A DNA stretch of 64,000 bases from a virus: IMG/VR virus record IMGVR_UViG_3300048817_000084. One strand, written 5' to 3'. The notes beneath the pieces were generated by a model. It did not search any database, had not been told where the DNA came from, and saw nothing but the letters and a program-made list of their open reading frames with translations. Made by a program: the position numbers and the translations under genes. Position 1 is the first letter of the stretch; every line of letters begins with the position of its first letter. Of this stretch, positions 53,946-61,504 are shown piece after piece.

Positions 53946-54184
53946 TTCTTCTCCTTTGGTGCGGGACAGGTGGCCAAAGCTGCGATCTCATCAAGTGCTG
54001 AATAATGCTTACCGTCCTTGTAGCCCACAGCCGGACGTTCAATAGCTATAGCGCGGATCTGGCCCACGGTGGTCTGTAGCTGGGCAACCTGTGCCTGAAG
54101 ACCCTCAACGTAGTCGTCACGGCAAATGACGCAATACCAGCTTTCTTCGCCATGCGTGCAGCTATCCTTGATTTCGTCGCTCAT
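53942..54184 (-). CDS. small protein with CxxC and QVAQLQTT motif (80 aa)
   Basis: ATGA overlaps. Shares a 24-nt perfect repeat with the gene at 54181. Confidence 0.5.
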   Translation of the reverse strand: MSDEIKDSCTHGEESWYCVICRDDYVEGLQAQVAQLQTTVGQIRAIAIERPAVGYKDGKHYSALDEIAALATCPAPKEKK

Positions 54185-54315
54185 GGCTTCTCCTGGGGCA
54201 GGTTCGCCGCGTGATTGTGCGGAAAGCAGGTCTTAGACATCTCGCCGAGTGCTGCAATAGCCTCATCCCGCTCCCGGGTCAAGGTGCTGATGGTGGTCTG
54301 TAGCTGGGCAACCTG
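54068..54315. repeat. 24-nt perfect repeat pair in two adjacent coiled-coil genes
   Basis: ggtggtctgtagctgggcaacctg occurs at 54068-54091 and 54292-54315. Confidence 0.9.
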
Positions 54316-54588
54316 CGGTATTGACATAGCCTGAAGGTGCATGTCTTCCCGCAGTTGGAGGATGGTCTCGTTGGCGGTGCGTAGCTGGGATTCGGCTGCA
54401 CTATAATTAAGCATTTCCAGGTGGACCCTGTAGGCATCATCTAGCACGATCCACGGCACATCGCATAGTGGAAAACTGTACTGCGGTTGCCAAATACCGT
54501 TACGCGCAAGCCAGCCGCGCTTAATCAACTCAGCGTGGCGTTGCTCCATCTCTGCCTTACCTGTCCCGGCTTGCTGTGGATCACTCAT
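54181..54588 (-). CDS. coiled-coil protein (135 aa), same repeat family
   Basis: Contains QVAQLQTTISTLTRERDEAIAA. ATGA overlap downstream. Confidence 0.55.
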   Translation of the reverse strand: MSDPQQAGTGKAEMEQRHAELIKRGWLARNGIWQPQYSFPLCDVPWIVLDDAYRVHLEMLNYSAAESQLRTANETILQLREDMHLQAMSIPQVAQLQTTISTLTRERDEAIAALGEMSKTCFPHNHAANLPQEKP

Positions 54589-54757
54589 GGCCGACCGCCT
54601 TTTCTGTAACAGGAAGTTCCGGGTTCAGTAATTGGAGTGCCCGATCCATCGATTCATAGGTGGCATGGACTTCCCTTGTTGCGGGTTCGGAATCCAAAGA
54701 AACCTTGAGTCTGGCCCATGCAGCCTTCAATTCGTGGACCTGTTTCGGATCAATCAT
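54581..54757 (-). CDS. hypothetical protein (58 aa; alternative start at 54793)
   Basis: Internal ATG chosen to limit overlap with the 42-aa ORF upstream. Translation begins MIDPKQVHELKAAWARLK. Confidence 0.45.
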   Translation of the reverse strand: MIDPKQVHELKAAWARLKVSLDSEPATREVHATYESMDRALQLLNPELPVTEKAVGHE

Positions 54758-54878
54758 GATATCCCCCAACGTGGGTCGCGGTGCCCGCTCCATATTCGTG
54801 CAGGTACCTCCATCGCTCTGGGCACGGTATACCTCCCGGTATCTCTGCCTTACCTGTCCCGGCTTGCATATCGCTCAT
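54750..54878 (-). CDS. 42-aa ORF with a duplicated 5' end (possible remnant)
   Basis: Not in the ORF track. TAATG coupling. Its first codons (MSDMQAGTGKAE) duplicate those of the gene at 54181-54588 through a 27-nt perfect repeat. Confidence 0.3.
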   Translation of the reverse strand: MSDMQAGTGKAEIPGGIPCPERWRYLHEYGAGTATHVGGYHD

Positions 54879-55075
54879 TACGCCTCCCGCAACTGCACTA
54901 CTGCCTCGTACCAGAAGAACTCCGGACCAGGATCAAGCGCACCCGGGCTCCATTTTGATTCTTCCACCCACTGCTCATGCAGGTAATACGCTGCCACCGC
55001 AATGACGTGATGCGGGCAGAGCCACTCGCCTCCGCCCGATCCTATTTGCTGCCAGGTGCAGTCCTTGTGGCTCAC
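54878..55075 (-). CDS. small protein (65 aa), weakly DUF2934-like
   Basis: ATGA overlap upstream. Motif AAYYLHEQW...FFWYEA. Confidence 0.45.
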   Translation of the reverse strand: MSHKDCTWQQIGSGGGEWLCPHHVIAVAAYYLHEQWVEESKWSPGALDPGPEFFWYEAVVQLREA

Positions 55076-55293
55076 GGGGTGACCGGTTCTGCTGGAAAGG
55101 GTTGGTTGAGAAAGCCCATCAGCTCATCGACGAAATCCTCCGCCTGATACCAAATATCTTGGGCAGCGGTTTCGCCGGCTGGCTCGCCTAGGCTTTGCCA
55201 CAGGTAATAGGCATTGACAGAGATGTATTCTTGCCTCTCTGCAAGCGTAGTGGTGGTGGGGATTCCTGCAGGGGTGGGGACGATGGTGCTCAT
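55072..55293 (-). CDS. DUF2934-like small protein (73 aa)
   Basis: Motif NAYYLWQSLGEPAGETAAQDIWYQAE matches the DUF2934 pattern AYxxWxxxGxPxG...W..AE. Confidence 0.5.
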   Translation of the reverse strand: MSTIVPTPAGIPTTTTLAERQEYISVNAYYLWQSLGEPAGETAAQDIWYQAEDFVDELMGFLNQPFPAEPVTP

Positions 55294-55320
55294 GGGCGGT
55301 TCTCCTTCTGGCGTTTAGGG

Positions 55321-56634
55321 TTAGAGGTAAACTCCGTAAACGAGCGAGTTGCACCCATTTACGTTGCGAGGGATGGTGACGGCGATGCAGCCCCAGTAGT
55401 CGGTCCACTTGTCGGCGCTGTATCCTGCGTTGCCTGTAAATTCATGGAGTCTGGTGTTTCGCGGATAGCGGGTTTGCACGGTGACTGTTTGTTCCGAGAA
55501 CTGATTATTATTGAAAAAGCAGACGCAGCCTGGCGCAGATCCATAGCCTAGCCGCTCGCATACGAATGTCTGGTAGTCGGCGTTGCGGGTGACAAATCCG
55601 CCCTGCGCAAGGTTCTTCCAACGCCAGAGCCCATTGTTGATACCTGCCTTCATGCCATAGCAGTTGGGGTCGGTCGACCAATCACGGTAGTAAATCTGAG
55701 GCTCGCCGGGAAAAGAGCACATAATGTCGTAGCCGAGATGCTTATTCCAGATTGTCTGCTCGCCTTCGGTCGTGTCGGTGTCGTGGTCTTCAATGAACGT
55801 AACCGCCTTCATTGAATCCTGCATGCAGTAGCCAATGTCTGACAGTTGGCCCATCCACACCTGGGAGTTGTTGTTGCAGATAGTTCCCACATTGAACTTG
55901 AACATGAAGTCGAGCACCGACATGCGCCTACCCATCCAGTAGTTCACGAATCCGGCGAGGGCATAAGGATTGCCGTCGAAATACTCACCGTTAAAGAAGG
56001 CGTTTGGATACTCCTTGCGGATTGCGTCGATGAAGGCTTTCAGGAAATCTGCGTTCAAATCCTTGCACTCGTCAATGATGAAATCATCGAACCCCAACAC
56101 CTTCATTTGGTTGAGGTGGGCGGCGATGGCTCCGTTCCACATGTACCGATTCGGCTGGTCATAAGCACACAGGTCACCATCAGGCCAGCCGCCAGAAGGA
56201 TCAGGTACTGAGTCAGGAGCCACGTTACCGGGATAGGTTGTCTGACCGGCGACTCTCGCAAAGCACGCAGGAGTCTTAGGGAATATCGCAGACTTGTATT
56301 CCTGATTGGGCCAGCCGCCCATCTGGTGAAGAACCGTGCTACCCATAGCGCGCATGCCTTGCGCATGGACAGCATTAACGGCAGCGATACATTGTGCTTC
56401 CGATCCGAAGGCTGTTCCATCGAAAATATAATCCTCTTTTTTGTCGAACCCGCCGGAATCTTCGCCCGCAGCACCCAGCGTAGCCGGAGCGAAGAGCACC
56501 CTATCGATGCCAGCCGCCTTATATTCTGCAGCATCGGCGGCGATTCTTTGGTAGGCCGAGTTCTTGGGCCAGCCAACCACTTCAGACGCATTAGCGGCAT
56601 CCCAAAGCATCCAGTTCGTGTCCAAAATGGGCAT
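55321..56634 (-). CDS. GH13 (alpha-amylase family)-like protein without signal peptide (437 aa)
   Basis: Start chosen just after the upstream stop. Regions resemble GH13 II (GFDDFIIDECKD), III (NGEYFDG) and IV (TFIEDHDT). The N-terminal TIM-barrel part is like liquefying amylases (AAGIDRVLFAP..GGFDKKEDY..FGSEAQCIAAVNAVHAQGMRAMGSTVLHQMGG). Confidence 0.6.
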   Translation of the reverse strand: MPILDTNWMLWDAANASEVVGWPKNSAYQRIAADAAEYKAAGIDRVLFAPATLGAAGEDSGGFDKKEDYIFDGTAFGSEAQCIAAVNAVHAQGMRAMGSTVLHQMGGWPNQEYKSAIFPKTPACFARVAGQTTYPGNVAPDSVPDPSGGWPDGDLCAYDQPNRYMWNGAIAAHLNQMKVLGFDDFIIDECKDLNADFLKAFIDAIRKEYPNAFFNGEYFDGNPYALAGFVNYWMGRRMSVLDFMFKFNVGTICNNNSQVWMGQLSDIGYCMQDSMKAVTFIEDHDTDTTEGEQTIWNKHLGYDIMCSFPGEPQIYYRDWSTDPNCYGMKAGINNGLWRWKNLAQGGFVTRNADYQTFVCERLGYGSAPGCVCFFNNNQFSEQTVTVQTRYPRNTRLHEFTGNAGYSADKWTDYWGCIAVTIPRNVNGCNSLVYGVYL

Positions 56635-56638
56635 CGTT

Positions 56639-57013
56639 TTAAAGCTCCTCGATTTGGATTCCATGCAGCAACAGTAAAAGCTTTTTCTTGAGTCTGTACA
56701 CCGGGTTCTTGGCATACCCTTTCGCATCGCAGACATGCGGGCAGCCTTGCGCGTCGTAATACACGAAATCGGCTACGTAGCGAATCGGCCGAATCTTTCC
56801 TTGTCCCGCAACCAGCGTGTAGCTGACTTGCTCTTGTAGGTCCATAATCTTGCCGCATGCAGCGAGTGCGGCCAAACTGGCGGCCACATCCCGCTCATGC
56901 TTGCTGGCATACTTCCCGGCACGCTCAGCGCCATACTTGTTCGCCGGCGCAACCGCTGTACCCTCGACGTGAGCCGTCCAAGCAGCGCGTTCCTGTTTAC
57001 TTTCCCTACGCAT
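56639..57013 (-). CDS. DUF1064-like (phage nuclease-like) protein
   Basis: The pattern KYGAER..YASKHERDVAASLAAL..GKIMDLQEQV..IRYVADFVYYD..DAKGY...YRLKKKLL matches the DUF1064 layout as I recall it. Confidence 0.6.
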   Translation of the reverse strand: MRRESKQERAAWTAHVEGTAVAPANKYGAERAGKYASKHERDVAASLAALAACGKIMDLQEQVSYTLVAGQGKIRPIRYVADFVYYDAQGCPHVCDAKGYAKNPVYRLKKKLLLLLHGIQIEEL

Positions 57014-57185
57014 TCAGCGCCTTATTGTCTCGTCTTACCTTAGTGGCTAGCTTGGATTGATTCACCATGACAGCCAAGGCTTCATCGTTAAGATTGAGCG
57101 CAAGCAGCCTATAGACGGCACTCAGGGATATGCCCCAGCGCTCAGCTAGGTAGATCGGCGAGGTGGGGGAACGATGGCGGCTCAT
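57006..57185 (-). CDS. small HTH DNA-binding protein (59 aa)
   Basis: Not in the ORF track. ATGA overlap upstream. HTH IYLAERWGISLSAVYRLL. Confidence 0.45.
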   Translation of the reverse strand: MSRHRSPTSPIYLAERWGISLSAVYRLLALNLNDEALAVMVNQSKLATKVRRDNKALNA

Positions 57186-57883
57186 GCTTTACTCCGCTTA
57201 TACCCATTCGCTAGTTTCAGGCTTGCCAGCTGTACGCAAGCATCCCAGCCCGGAGAATCATCTATCTCGAAGGGGACAAATACCTCTTTAGCTTTTGGAT
57301 GCACATGGAGTACGGCCTTGCCAAGGATTCTGTAGGACACAGGAACAGCGGCCGGCACGGTATCCCAGAATTCTACGTCTGTCCCGGTGGCCGTCTTATA
57401 TGATTCCAGCTGCATTCTCCACCTCATGTGTGTTTGCTTCTTGGCCATGCCAGAGTTAGGGTAAGAAGTCTTCGCGTCTAACACGTAAAGCCCTTTACCG
57501 GGAATGTAGCCCCTCAGGTCCAAATGGCAGCCGATATACATGTCCAAATGCTCGTAGACAATCGGATGTTCAAATGGCGGTATCGGGATGAACCCACTCT
57601 CTTCCTTCCATTTCAGGTAGCGGTCGAAGCAAGGCTTGATCTCTCCGTCCACGTCTTCAATGTCAAGGTCGCCTTCCTCGTAGTAGTGAACTGCTTTGTG
57701 GAGTTGGGTTCCTCTCCATCTAGCGTGTTCTAGGTTCACCAGCGGCACTCCATCATAATCACTGAGTCCGGCCAAAGAGATCACATCGCTTGTTGAAAGG
57801 CAATAAGACCCGGGTACATGGTAAAGATGGTTTTCTTGATCGAAAGTAAATTCAATATCCCCAGATCGATAGACGGTAATCAT
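57182..57883 (-). CDS. PD-(D/E)XK exonuclease (YqaJ/Cas4-like)
   Basis: Motifs HLYHV...STSDV, HLDLRGYIPGKGLYVLDAKT (D...D-x-K). Lies next to the Erf-like annealase. Confidence 0.6.
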   Translation of the reverse strand: MITVYRSGDIEFTFDQENHLYHVPGSYCLSTSDVISLAGLSDYDGVPLVNLEHARWRGTQLHKAVHYYEEGDLDIEDVDGEIKPCFDRYLKWKEESGFIPIPPFEHPIVYEHLDMYIGCHLDLRGYIPGKGLYVLDAKTSYPNSGMAKKQTHMRWRMQLESYKTATGTDVEFWDTVPAAVPVSYRILGKAVLHVHPKAKEVFVPFEIDDSPGWDACVQLASLKLANGYKRSKA

Positions 57884-57917
57884 GAGTGCCTCGCAAATTC
57901 CCTATGGACCCTCTCTT

Positions 57918-58670
57918 TCATTGCCCGGCAGCCCACTCGCAAGCCTTTTCGTACTCTTTTACCGGCACATCCTCGCACCGCTCGACCCCGATGGAGCCAA
58001 GATAGTTATTGAGTTCTTCCTTGGTCCTGCCTGCATCCATGCAAATGGCATATAGCCTTTTGCCGCGTGGAATTCCAACCGTACTCCCTGAAACAAACTT
58101 CGATACTGGCTTTTGCGCAGGGACTGCGGCTGGTCGCATAACAACCGGCATACCATCCTCGTCAAAGATCGGCTCTCCGCCTGCCGTGATGCCAACCTGA
58201 GCCTTCTCGCTCTTGCGCTGAATATCTTTGCCTGAGCCGTTCGCGTGATTCTCGGACGCGTCATTCTCTGGGTCCAGCTCGTCGGGAATTAGCCCGTTCA
58301 TGCGGAGCGAGTATTTGAGGGCACCCGTCATCGCCTTATATGGTGCCTTGTCCCCTGAATCCATGCCCCAGCCAAGGCCTTTGCGGGTAACCGATTCTCC
58401 TGTGGCCGTATCGGTAAACGTGACGGAAATCTTCATTTCCACAAAGTTGAGCGATCCGCCGGAAAGGGTCGGCTGAGTCCACCGCTCAGATGATTCCACG
58501 TCGTAGCCGAAGGCAATCTCTGATTCAATGAGAGCCTTTCGTACTTCGCGGGCGACATCTGTAGCCTTGACATAGGCGTAATTCTGCTTTTCATTCTTGC
58601 CGCGCTTCTCAACTGCATCCACGGCTTTCATAACGGCTAAGAGCTTCTTGTGTAGCGCTGTTTGGTTCAT
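57918..58670 (-). CDS. erf: Erf-family single-strand annealing protein
   Basis: N-terminus LHKKLLAVMKAVDAVEKRGKNEKQNYAYVKATDVAREVRKALIESEI is typical of ERF proteins. Confidence 0.65.
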   Translation of the reverse strand: MNQTALHKKLLAVMKAVDAVEKRGKNEKQNYAYVKATDVAREVRKALIESEIAFGYDVESSERWTQPTLSGGSLNFVEMKISVTFTDTATGESVTRKGLGWGMDSGDKAPYKAMTGALKYSLRMNGLIPDELDPENDASENHANGSGKDIQRKSEKAQVGITAGGEPIFDEDGMPVVMRPAAVPAQKPVSKFVSGSTVGIPRGKRLYAICMDAGRTKEELNNYLGSIGVERCEDVPVKEYEKACEWAAGQ

Positions 58671-59173
58671 TGGGTTACCTCCAGTTTGCTAGGACACGGC
58701 TTGCCATTCTTGCCTTCTGTATGTTCGCGGGTATGACATCGATGACATAAATTGCGGACATTGGACAAAATATCTTGCCCGCCGGCGCCACGGCTCTTTA
58801 CATGCGCCATGTCTGCCTTGCGTGGATGCTCTTCCGGCGCATTGAGCCAGGTAATCGTTGCACAGATCACGCAGCGACCACCGTCTCTGAGATAGCAAGC
58901 TATACGTAGGGCTTCCATGGCTTTCCCTTTCACCCGCACCACCTGATCCTTAGGAAACGAGTTCATAGCGGTCATATCCTCGTCATCATACGAATCTTCG
59001 TCTGGATCGCAGCCAAAGCAGCCCTCCTCGACCTCTTGGCTGTCCCATCCGTACCAAGTGTCTTCACCGGCGCAGCCACAAATACAACCCATGGCTTCCG
59101 GGCTATCCCATCCGTACCAAGTGTCTTCACCGTCGCAATCACAAGCCATTCCGCAATCTGGACACTCATGCAT
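58667..59173 (-). CDS. HNH endonuclease with Cys-rich duplicated N-terminus
   Basis: HNH core AHVKSRGAGGQDILSNVRNLCHRCHTREH. The N-terminus has GEDTWYGWDS twice. Confidence 0.7.
   Translation of the reverse strand: MHECPDCGMACDCDGEDTWYGWDSPEAMGCICGCAGEDTWYGWDSQEVEEGCFGCDPDEDSYDDEDMTAMNSFPKDQVVRVKGKAMEALRIACYLRDGGRCVICATITWLNAPEEHPRKADMAHVKSRGAGGQDILSNVRNLCHRCHTREHTEGKNGKPCPSKLEVTQ
59043..59132. repeat. 27-nt perfect direct repeat, 63-nt period, inside the HNH gene
   Basis: tcccatccgtaccaagtgtcttcaccg occurs at 59043-59069 and 59106-59132. Confidence 0.9.
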
Positions 59174-59294
59174 ACTGCACCTCCACTACCCAGCGGACCC
59201 GAACCCAAGCCTGATATCGCCTGCCACCAGCGCTCTGCCGTGGTCAAGCCCGCTGCTACTCAATCCCGCGCAACCCCCGTTGCGAGAGAAGTCA

Positions 59295-59486
59295 CTAAAC
59301 GTGTACGCAAAACTCCACCACGGCATAGATAAACAAGCCCAGCGCGGTATAGAACACCAGCACCGAGCGAACCATGCTGACGAAGGTGGGATCTGCTTGC
59401 AGCTTGGGTTCAGGCACAATGCGCACTCCTCCGCGGAATTGTGGGTTAGTCCATGGGGTGTTCATGTTGCCGCACCATCCGCCCAT
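59295..59486 (-). CDS. small C-terminally anchored membrane protein (63 aa; alternative start at 59465)
   Basis: Internal ATG of ORF 59295-59627. TM VRSVLVFYTALGLFIYAVVEF. Confidence 0.35.
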   Translation of the reverse strand: MGGWCGNMNTPWTNPQFRGGVRIVPEPKLQADPTFVSMVRSVLVFYTALGLFIYAVVEFCVHV

Positions 59487-59550
59487 GCTGCATGAATAAC
59501 TCTGGCTGCCATGCCCAGCCACCACGCGCTCAGTATTGCGGTTGCGTAGA

Positions 59551-59730
59551 TCAATTGATTTCCCTCCGTTTTTTCGCAATGAAATCGGCCGGAGTGTTGC
59601 ATCCGTAAGCCAGGCGCAGGTCTGCAATCAAACGGTCGTGACGCTCGCGCTCGCATTTTTGGCAGTCGCATGAGAACAGCGCATCTACTAAGCGGTCGAG
59701 GTAGTCGAGGTAGAGCTCGGAGTCATTCAT
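59551..59730 (-). CDS. hypothetical 59-aa protein
   Basis: Not in the ORF track. Translation MNDSELYLDYLDRLVDALFSCDCQKCERERHDRLIADLRLAYGCNTPADFIAKKRREIN. More protein-like than the overlapping 69-aa track ORF. Confidence 0.4.
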   Translation of the reverse strand: MNDSELYLDYLDRLVDALFSCDCQKCERERHDRLIADLRLAYGCNTPADFIAKKRREIN

Positions 59731-59731
59731 T

Positions 59732-59905
59732 TCATGCTGTCCTCTCTAGTCCCACTACCTGCCAGCCGTGCCATCTAACCTGTACAGACTCAAGCACCTC
59801 AGCTGCTGTTACGTATGCAGGCGCCTTAGCGGATAGCTCAACAATGACATGTGGGATGCCGTGCGTGCTGCGGACTCGCCGCAATGTAAGGTGGAAGCGA
59901 TTCAT
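59732..59905 (-). CDS. hypothetical 57-aa protein
   Basis: Not in the ORF track. ATGA overlap with the gene at 59902-60228. Its stop lies 1 nt before the next ATG. Confidence 0.4.
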   Translation of the reverse strand: MNRFHLTLRRVRSTHGIPHVIVELSAKAPAYVTAAEVLESVQVRWHGWQVVGLERTA

Positions 59906-60228
59906 GCGACTATCCTCTTTGCCGCTTCACTATCAGCAACAATCTGGTGTAGGTGAAAGCAGTTCTCGTGGATGTTCACGTACTCGGAGGTTGGCGGGAG
60001 AATCATCGCCATCGTTACGTCATGCGGCAACAGATCGTAGCGCGCGGCTTTGATTTCATCCCAGGTTGGATAGCGGAAAGGGTGGCTAATCGACAAGTGC
60101 CAAGACTTAGGCCATGGATCGCCAAGCACCGGCTCCTGGCCAACAAACACCTTGCAGTCACCCCACTTGTACGCGTCACAATGGGGAACTGGGCATGGAA
60201 ATTGCTTCCACCGTACGCGCGTCCTCAT
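59902..60228 (-). CDS. conserved-looking phage protein (108 aa)
   Basis: ATGA overlaps. The motif WHLSISHPFRYPTWDEIKAARYDLLP resembles a recurrent phage small-protein motif. Confidence 0.55.
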   Translation of the reverse strand: MRTRVRWKQFPCPVPHCDAYKWGDCKVFVGQEPVLGDPWPKSWHLSISHPFRYPTWDEIKAARYDLLPHDVTMAMILPPTSEYVNIHENCFHLHQIVADSEAAKRIVA

Positions 60229-60656
60229 TGCGGCCTCCGTGGTGCCCTGATCACGCGCAGGTTGCTAATCTCGGTGCTGCGTGGCTCGCCGTCTACGTGG
60301 TCGATGCAGTGACGCAACCCGCAATCGATAGCCACATGAAATAGCTCATAGCACGTCAGACACATGCCGTTAATCGTGCCCGGTGTGGCATCCCAGCAGA
60401 CATCGCAAGTACGTGGCGGGATAGGTTCTGCTACAGGTACCTCGACCGGCTTAAGCGCCTTCTCTGCTGCAAGGATGGCTTCTGCCCAGGCCTTAGCTTC
60501 TGCACGCATTGCCTGGCCTACCGGGGCGCAGCATGTAGTGGAAGGCTCAGCCACCGCTTTGTATTCCTTGCGGGCTAGCGGTAGGAGTAGCTTCAGGGCT
60601 AGCTTCAGGTTCTCGCGTTCGATCGACCAGCGAAGTTGTTGCTCAAGGGCTGTCAT
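60225..60656 (-). CDS. hypothetical Cys-rich protein (143 aa)
   Basis: ATGA overlaps. C-terminal CDVCWD...CLTCYELFHVAIDCGLRHC. Confidence 0.55.
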   Translation of the reverse strand: MTALEQQLRWSIERENLKLALKLLLPLARKEYKAVAEPSTTCCAPVGQAMRAEAKAWAEAILAAEKALKPVEVPVAEPIPPRTCDVCWDATPGTINGMCLTCYELFHVAIDCGLRHCIDHVDGEPRSTEISNLRVIRAPRRPQ

Positions 60657-60898
60657 GCTGTCTCCTTCTCGAATGCGCGGGCGTACTCACGGCGGAGCGG
60701 ACCTTCTGGAAGCGATTGCCATGGATTACCGGGCTTGATTCCTTCGAGGCACTTCTTATGCACTGGAAGATCCTTCTCGAAGCCATCGATACCAATCAGC
60801 GGAACCATTTTCCCGAGTAATATTTCCATGCAGAAAGACTCGCCGCATAGAACGCACTCACCTAGCGAGCCACCTATTCCGGGATAGTTGAGCCTCAT
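60653..60898 (-). CDS. hypothetical protein (81 aa)
   Basis: ATGA overlap at 60898. Contains CVLCGESFC. Confidence 0.45.
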   Translation of the reverse strand: MRLNYPGIGGSLGECVLCGESFCMEILLGKMVPLIGIDGFEKDLPVHKKCLEGIKPGNPWQSLPEGPLRREYARAFEKETA

Positions 60899-61122
60899 GC
60901 TGCACCTCCGTGCCTCTGTGCCTGTAACCATCTATGTCTGGCCTGAACCCAGCGGCTGCGTCTGGAATCGTGATTGAAATCTATTCCGGCCGACCCCCCT
61001 AACCTGCAATCAGCCGGAATTGAGTCCCCTTTCGGAGGACATGGTGAGAGAGCTAACGATTTCTGTGCATCAGTGAAGACGGCTAGCTCTGCAATGAGGG
61101 CGGTTACTGTGAAGGAAGTCAT
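60895..61122 (-). CDS. hypothetical protein (75 aa)
   Basis: ATGA overlaps at both ends. The sequence is not very protein-like. Confidence 0.3.
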   Translation of the reverse strand: MTSFTVTALIAELAVFTDAQKSLALSPCPPKGDSIPADCRLGGSAGIDFNHDSRRSRWVQARHRWLQAQRHGGAA

Positions 61123-61259
61123 AGAGCACCGACCATAGCGATGAGCCGATGAGCTCCACTGCCGAGCAACGACCAGTTGTAGTAGCAGCCAGGAAACGCA
61201 GCGTTCTGCCAAACGATCAGCAGGGCGGACCAGAGTAGGGTGATGGCTAGGGTTTTCAT
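61119..61259 (-). CDS. 46-aa hydrophobic peptide
   Basis: Not in the ORF track. ATGA overlaps at both ends. Translation MKTLAITLLWSALLIVWQNAAFPGCYYNWSLLGSGAHRLIAMVGAL. Confidence 0.35.
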   Translation of the reverse strand: MKTLAITLLWSALLIVWQNAAFPGCYYNWSLLGSGAHRLIAMVGAL

Positions 61260-61504
61260 GCTGCCACCTCCCTAGCGAGGCGCGCCTTCAGTCGCCTGTT
61301 TTGGATTGCGAGCTTATTAATCTTTGTTCTCTGCTCTTCGATCGTCAGGCGGAATCGAGCATTCTGTTCCTGCACGCCACACCAAGAACGGTTTAGGGAT
61401 TCAAGCGTGACGGCGATCCGCTGCAGGGAGCCTGCATTAATAAGCTCGATCGACTGGGTATACCCGGCATCCCAATCTTTAACGCTTGCTTCTCGAAAGT
61501 TCAT
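61256..61504 (-). CDS. coiled-coil protein (82 aa)
   Basis: ATGA overlaps. Heptad-like C-terminus. Confidence 0.5.
   Translation of the reverse strand: MNFREASVKDWDAGYTQSIELINAGSLQRIAVTLESLNRSWCGVQEQNARFRLTIEEQRTKINKLAIQNRRLKARLAREVAA

Noticed and set aside
56103-56858. 251-aa minus-strand ORF in an alternative frame spanning the junction between the GH13-like and DUF1064-like genes.
   Set aside because: It overlaps two ORFs that have recognisable family motifs, and its own translation is Arg-rich and featureless.
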